Positions 7,952 through 10,367 of a stretch of 10,367 bases of DNA are shown in pieces. The notes beneath the pieces were generated by a model. That model was not told the DNA's origin, made no database searches, and was given only the letters and a program-made list of their open reading frames with translations. The position numbers were made by a program, and so were the translations under genes. Position 1 is the stretch's first letter; the number at the start of each line of letters is the position of its first letter. Source of the stretch: Opitutales bacterium (lineage in GTDB: Bacteria > Verrucomicrobiota > Verrucomicrobiia > Opitutales > JABSRG01); contig JBMYOQ010000113.1 of NCBI GenBank assembly GCA_049599475.1, positions 1-10,367 on the forward strand. The letters run 5' to 3'.

Positions 7952-8632
7952 ATGCTCCGTGCTTTACGTAATGGCTTTATATCAGGCCTGGTCCTAGTCG
8001 CCCCATTGAGCGTCACCCTTTTTGTCCTTTCTCTCTTAATGGACAAGATCGGCAAACCAGCAAGCCGTATGATTTTCGGACCGATCTTCAACGTGGATTT
8101 TGAGCGCGGTATCTACGCTTATCTGCTGGCAACGGCGTCCATCATCATCGTCGTTCTTCTGATCACGCTGGTCGGCTTATTGTCCAAGCTCGTGGTAGCC
8201 CGTTTCTTCGTAAATATTGGCGAACAGCTTCTGATTCACGTCCCGTTCGTGAGCACGATCTACAAATCGGTAAAGCAAATCGTCGATACCTTTGCTCAGC
8301 AGCAAAAGGCCATTTTCCAAGAGACCGTTCTCATCGAATACCCGAGAAAAGGGGTCTATGCCATCGGCTTCCTCACGAGCAACGCGAAAGGGGAAGTCCA
8401 AGAAAAGACGGCACGCCCTCTCGTAAATGTGTTCGTGCCGACCACTCCCAATCCGACAAGCGGTTTCCTCCTTATGGTGCCCGAGGAAGAGGTTACGCGC
8501 TTGGATATGCCTGTGGGCGACGGCATGAAGCTTATTATTTCCGGCGGAGCCGTGGTGCCCCCGACCCCGAAATCAACGGCTCAAGAAATCGAAGATAAGC
8601 AAAAATCCGAGACCGCCGAACTCGCTCACTGA
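7952..8632 (+). CDS. DUF502 domain membrane protein (COV1-like)
   Basis: Two N-terminal TM segments, then VPFVSTIYKSVKQIVDTF, VLIEYPRKGVYAIGF, the hallmark VFVPTTPNPTSGFL and MKLIISGG. Confidence 0.93.
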   Translation: MLRALRNGFISGLVLVAPLSVTLFVLSLLMDKIGKPASRMIFGPIFNVDFERGIYAYLLATASIIIVVLLITLVGLLSKLVVARFFVNIGEQLLIHVPFVSTIYKSVKQIVDTFAQQQKAIFQETVLIEYPRKGVYAIGFLTSNAKGEVQEKTARPLVNVFVPTTPNPTSGFLLMVPEEEVTRLDMPVGDGMKLIISGGAVVPPTPKSTAQEIEDKQKSETAELAH

Positions 8633-8648
8633 TCCCAAAGCCAGACCC

Positions 8649-9269
8649 ATGATCGGTATTTTGCTGCATACTGAGGATTACAAAGCCAACACTCAGCGCG
8701 GTATTTGGCTTTGCGACGAGGGCCTGCACACAACTTTTCAAAGGCTTTCGAGCAAAGAGCCGACACCCACTCCACCGCTGTTTGGCACAAGCGAGCTCTC
8801 CTTCAAAACTCAGAAAACCCAGGGCGAGGCATCCTTTATCGATGAATGGCATGCCATCAATCCCCGCACTGGACTCAGCCGGCCGTATAAACGCTTCTCG
8901 GCGGCAGGCTATCTTGCCATTTTTTTGCGAGAAAATGCTGGCATTCTTCCAGACCCCGAGCCCATGTATGTGCTGTCCACCAAAGCTTATGACGCCTTGG
9001 AAAGAGCCGATGAACCCCTTATCGTAATTTTCAAAATTCTCTACAAGACAGCCCTTATGGAAGGCTTCCCGATCAAAGAGGATTGGCTTTACCGCCAAAA
9101 CCCGGAATTCATTCAACTCGCGGCGAGTGTCTTGAAGAATCCGATCAATACCCCAGCGATTCAGGCGACATCCAGTAGTCTTATCATCCCCTTAATCAAA
9201 AAGCTGCAATTATGGCTATCACATCATACCGAGTTTCGCCTTCCCCAAACATCCTTGGTGGGCGCTTGA
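8649..9269 (+). CDS. Divergent RecO-like DNA repair/recombination protein
   Basis: The residue pattern follows RecO. An OB-fold-like N-terminus (GILLHTEDY...PPLFGTSELSF...FIDEWHAINPRTGLSRPYKRFSAAGYLAIFL) precedes a helical part (PDPEPMYVLSTKAYDALE...PLIVIFKILYKTALMEGFP). The assignment is by eye only. Confidence 0.6.
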   Translation: MIGILLHTEDYKANTQRGIWLCDEGLHTTFQRLSSKEPTPTPPLFGTSELSFKTQKTQGEASFIDEWHAINPRTGLSRPYKRFSAAGYLAIFLRENAGILPDPEPMYVLSTKAYDALERADEPLIVIFKILYKTALMEGFPIKEDWLYRQNPEFIQLAASVLKNPINTPAIQATSSSLIIPLIKKLQLWLSHHTEFRLPQTSLVGA

Positions 9270-10204
9270 TTCCGAACTCCGCACTTGGCCTCATCATTTT
9301 GTGCCTTGCCGGTACGACGCATTCTTTGGCTCAAAACACATCCTTGGGCAACGATATCAGCATAGAGCTCCCCTCAGAGAGCAACGATCCCGCTGGTGAA
9401 TCCGCCGAAACAGAGCCCGCCGAGCAGTCCAGCGAGCCCTCATCCGAGGAAAACGAAAAAGACTTTCCTCCGCTCGTTTCAGATCCCACGGCGGTCCGCA
9501 TCGTAAGCAACTATATCAACGCTTTAGGTGGCGAAGAGGCTCTTAGTAACACCCAGAACATTGTCATTCGGGCCAAAGAAGTCTCCGGACAGGAAGAATA
9601 CGACATCCTCATTTTTCGCACGGCAACGGGAAAAGCACGTGTCGAGCGCACCGGATTCTACAAAGGACGCCCGACAGAATTTCACAACATCACGGACGGG
9701 AAGCAGTTTTGGTCAGTTGACTACTACCGCAACAAGGAGATCCCTAGATGGTTCGATGAAGCCGAGATGCAGGCTTTTCTTTTCAAGCAATCTCTTTATC
9801 CACAGCTCTTTAAACACGAGGAACGGGGCGTAAAACTCCGCTATTTGGGTCAGGAAAACCAAAACGACATCGAATATTATGTAGTGAGAGCCTACTTCGA
9901 AAATGGATACCGTTTCGAATATCTTTTTCACCCTGAGACCTTCCTCGTTTACCGCTATCGCCACCGTCAAAGGCACATCAACAAAAACGGCTTCCGCACC
10001 ATTACACCAACCCGTTACCAGCGTATTAATGGCGCACTTTGGGAATTGGACCATAAAATCCACTTCGTCACAGAGGAGGACCTGGAACTCCCTCTAGGAA
10101 GCCTCACCGTAGACCGTGCAGAAGGGAATCAACGCCTTCCAGACGAAATGTTTCTGCCTCCAAAGCAGAAGGAATCCAAGGGGGCCGTTCCGGTCATTCG
10201 ATAG
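9266..10204 (+). CDS. Secreted/periplasmic protein, LolA-like (outer membrane lipoprotein-sorting protein-like) fold
   Basis: An in-frame TTG at 9266 overlaps the upstream TGA (TTGA) and opens a signal peptide (xIPNSALGLIILCLAGTTHSLA|QN). An acidic linker follows, then IVSNYINALGGEEAL, a beta-rich core and C-terminal NQRLPDEMFLPP, all typical of LolA-like proteins. The ORF track starts it at 9212. Confidence 0.65.
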   Translation: MIPNSALGLIILCLAGTTHSLAQNTSLGNDISIELPSESNDPAGESAETEPAEQSSEPSSEENEKDFPPLVSDPTAVRIVSNYINALGGEEALSNTQNIVIRAKEVSGQEEYDILIFRTATGKARVERTGFYKGRPTEFHNITDGKQFWSVDYYRNKEIPRWFDEAEMQAFLFKQSLYPQLFKHEERGVKLRYLGQENQNDIEYYVVRAYFENGYRFEYLFHPETFLVYRYRHRQRHINKNGFRTITPTRYQRINGALWELDHKIHFVTEEDLELPLGSLTVDRAEGNQRLPDEMFLPPKQKESKGAVPVIR

Positions 10205-10262
10205 AGCAATTTTTATTGTAAGCATCCCCACCAATCCATTGGGTAATGGCCTCCAATGCTAC

Positions 10263-10337
10263 GTCCCCTTAGTTCAATGGATAGAACAAGGCTCTCCTAA
10301 AGCTTAGATCCGGGTTCGAATCCCGGAGGGGGCGCCA
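10263..10337 (+). tRNA. tRNA-Arg(CCT)
   Basis: Cloverleaf: acceptor GTCCCCT/AGGGGGC, D-stem GTTC/GAAC, anticodon stem AGGCT/AGCTT with loop CT-CCT-AA (anticodon 10296-10298), T-arm CCGGG-TTCGAAT-CCCGG, discriminator G and encoded CCA. Confidence 0.97.
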
Positions 10338-10367
10338 TTTGGAAGGATGGATGAGGGTTGGAGGATG

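Noticed and set aside
8535..9116. 193-aa antisense ORF, plus other 60-150 aa overlapping ORFs such as 1470-1919, 3103-3498, 6618-6965 and 7147-7530
   Set aside because: They are shadow or alternate-frame ORFs that overlap well-supported genes and carry no recognisable motifs.
9212..9265. N-terminal extension of the secreted protein from the start at 9212
   Set aside because: It would overlap the recO-like gene by 58 nt and bury the signal peptide. The TTG at 9266 fits better.
9249..9347. 10-nt direct repeat ACATCCTTGG
   Set aside because: There are only two short copies within coding sequence, with no array or element structure, which is compatible with chance.
1..10367. GATC looks frequent (about 60 by hand count against about 40 at 1/256), tempting to link to Dam-directed repair with a nuclease-less MutL
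   Set aside because: The excess could come from ATC/GAT codon usage and a general abundance of TCG/CGA. A genome-wide Markov-corrected count and a methylome would be needed before claiming anything.

Overview
A bacterial chromosomal window of mostly housekeeping genes. The gene set and protein styles resemble Verrucomicrobiota/Opitutae, but this is an inference and not established. The minus-strand block holds an NhaC-family antiporter, a 193-aa protein built from three tandem XRE/Cro-like HTH units, an MFS transporter, an acetamidase/formamidase and mutL. The divergent plus-strand block holds a GT4 glycosyltransferase, a DUF502 membrane protein, a divergent RecO-like protein, a secreted LolA-like protein and tRNA-Arg(CCT). 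I found no CRISPR array, integrase or transposase. Three things stand out. (1) MutL keeps its ATPase and beta-clamp motifs but has lost all the recognisable endonuclease and metal-ligand motifs. (2) The triple-HTH protein has a palindrome over a candidate -10 box upstream. (3) The short RecO-like ORF has no zinc finger.
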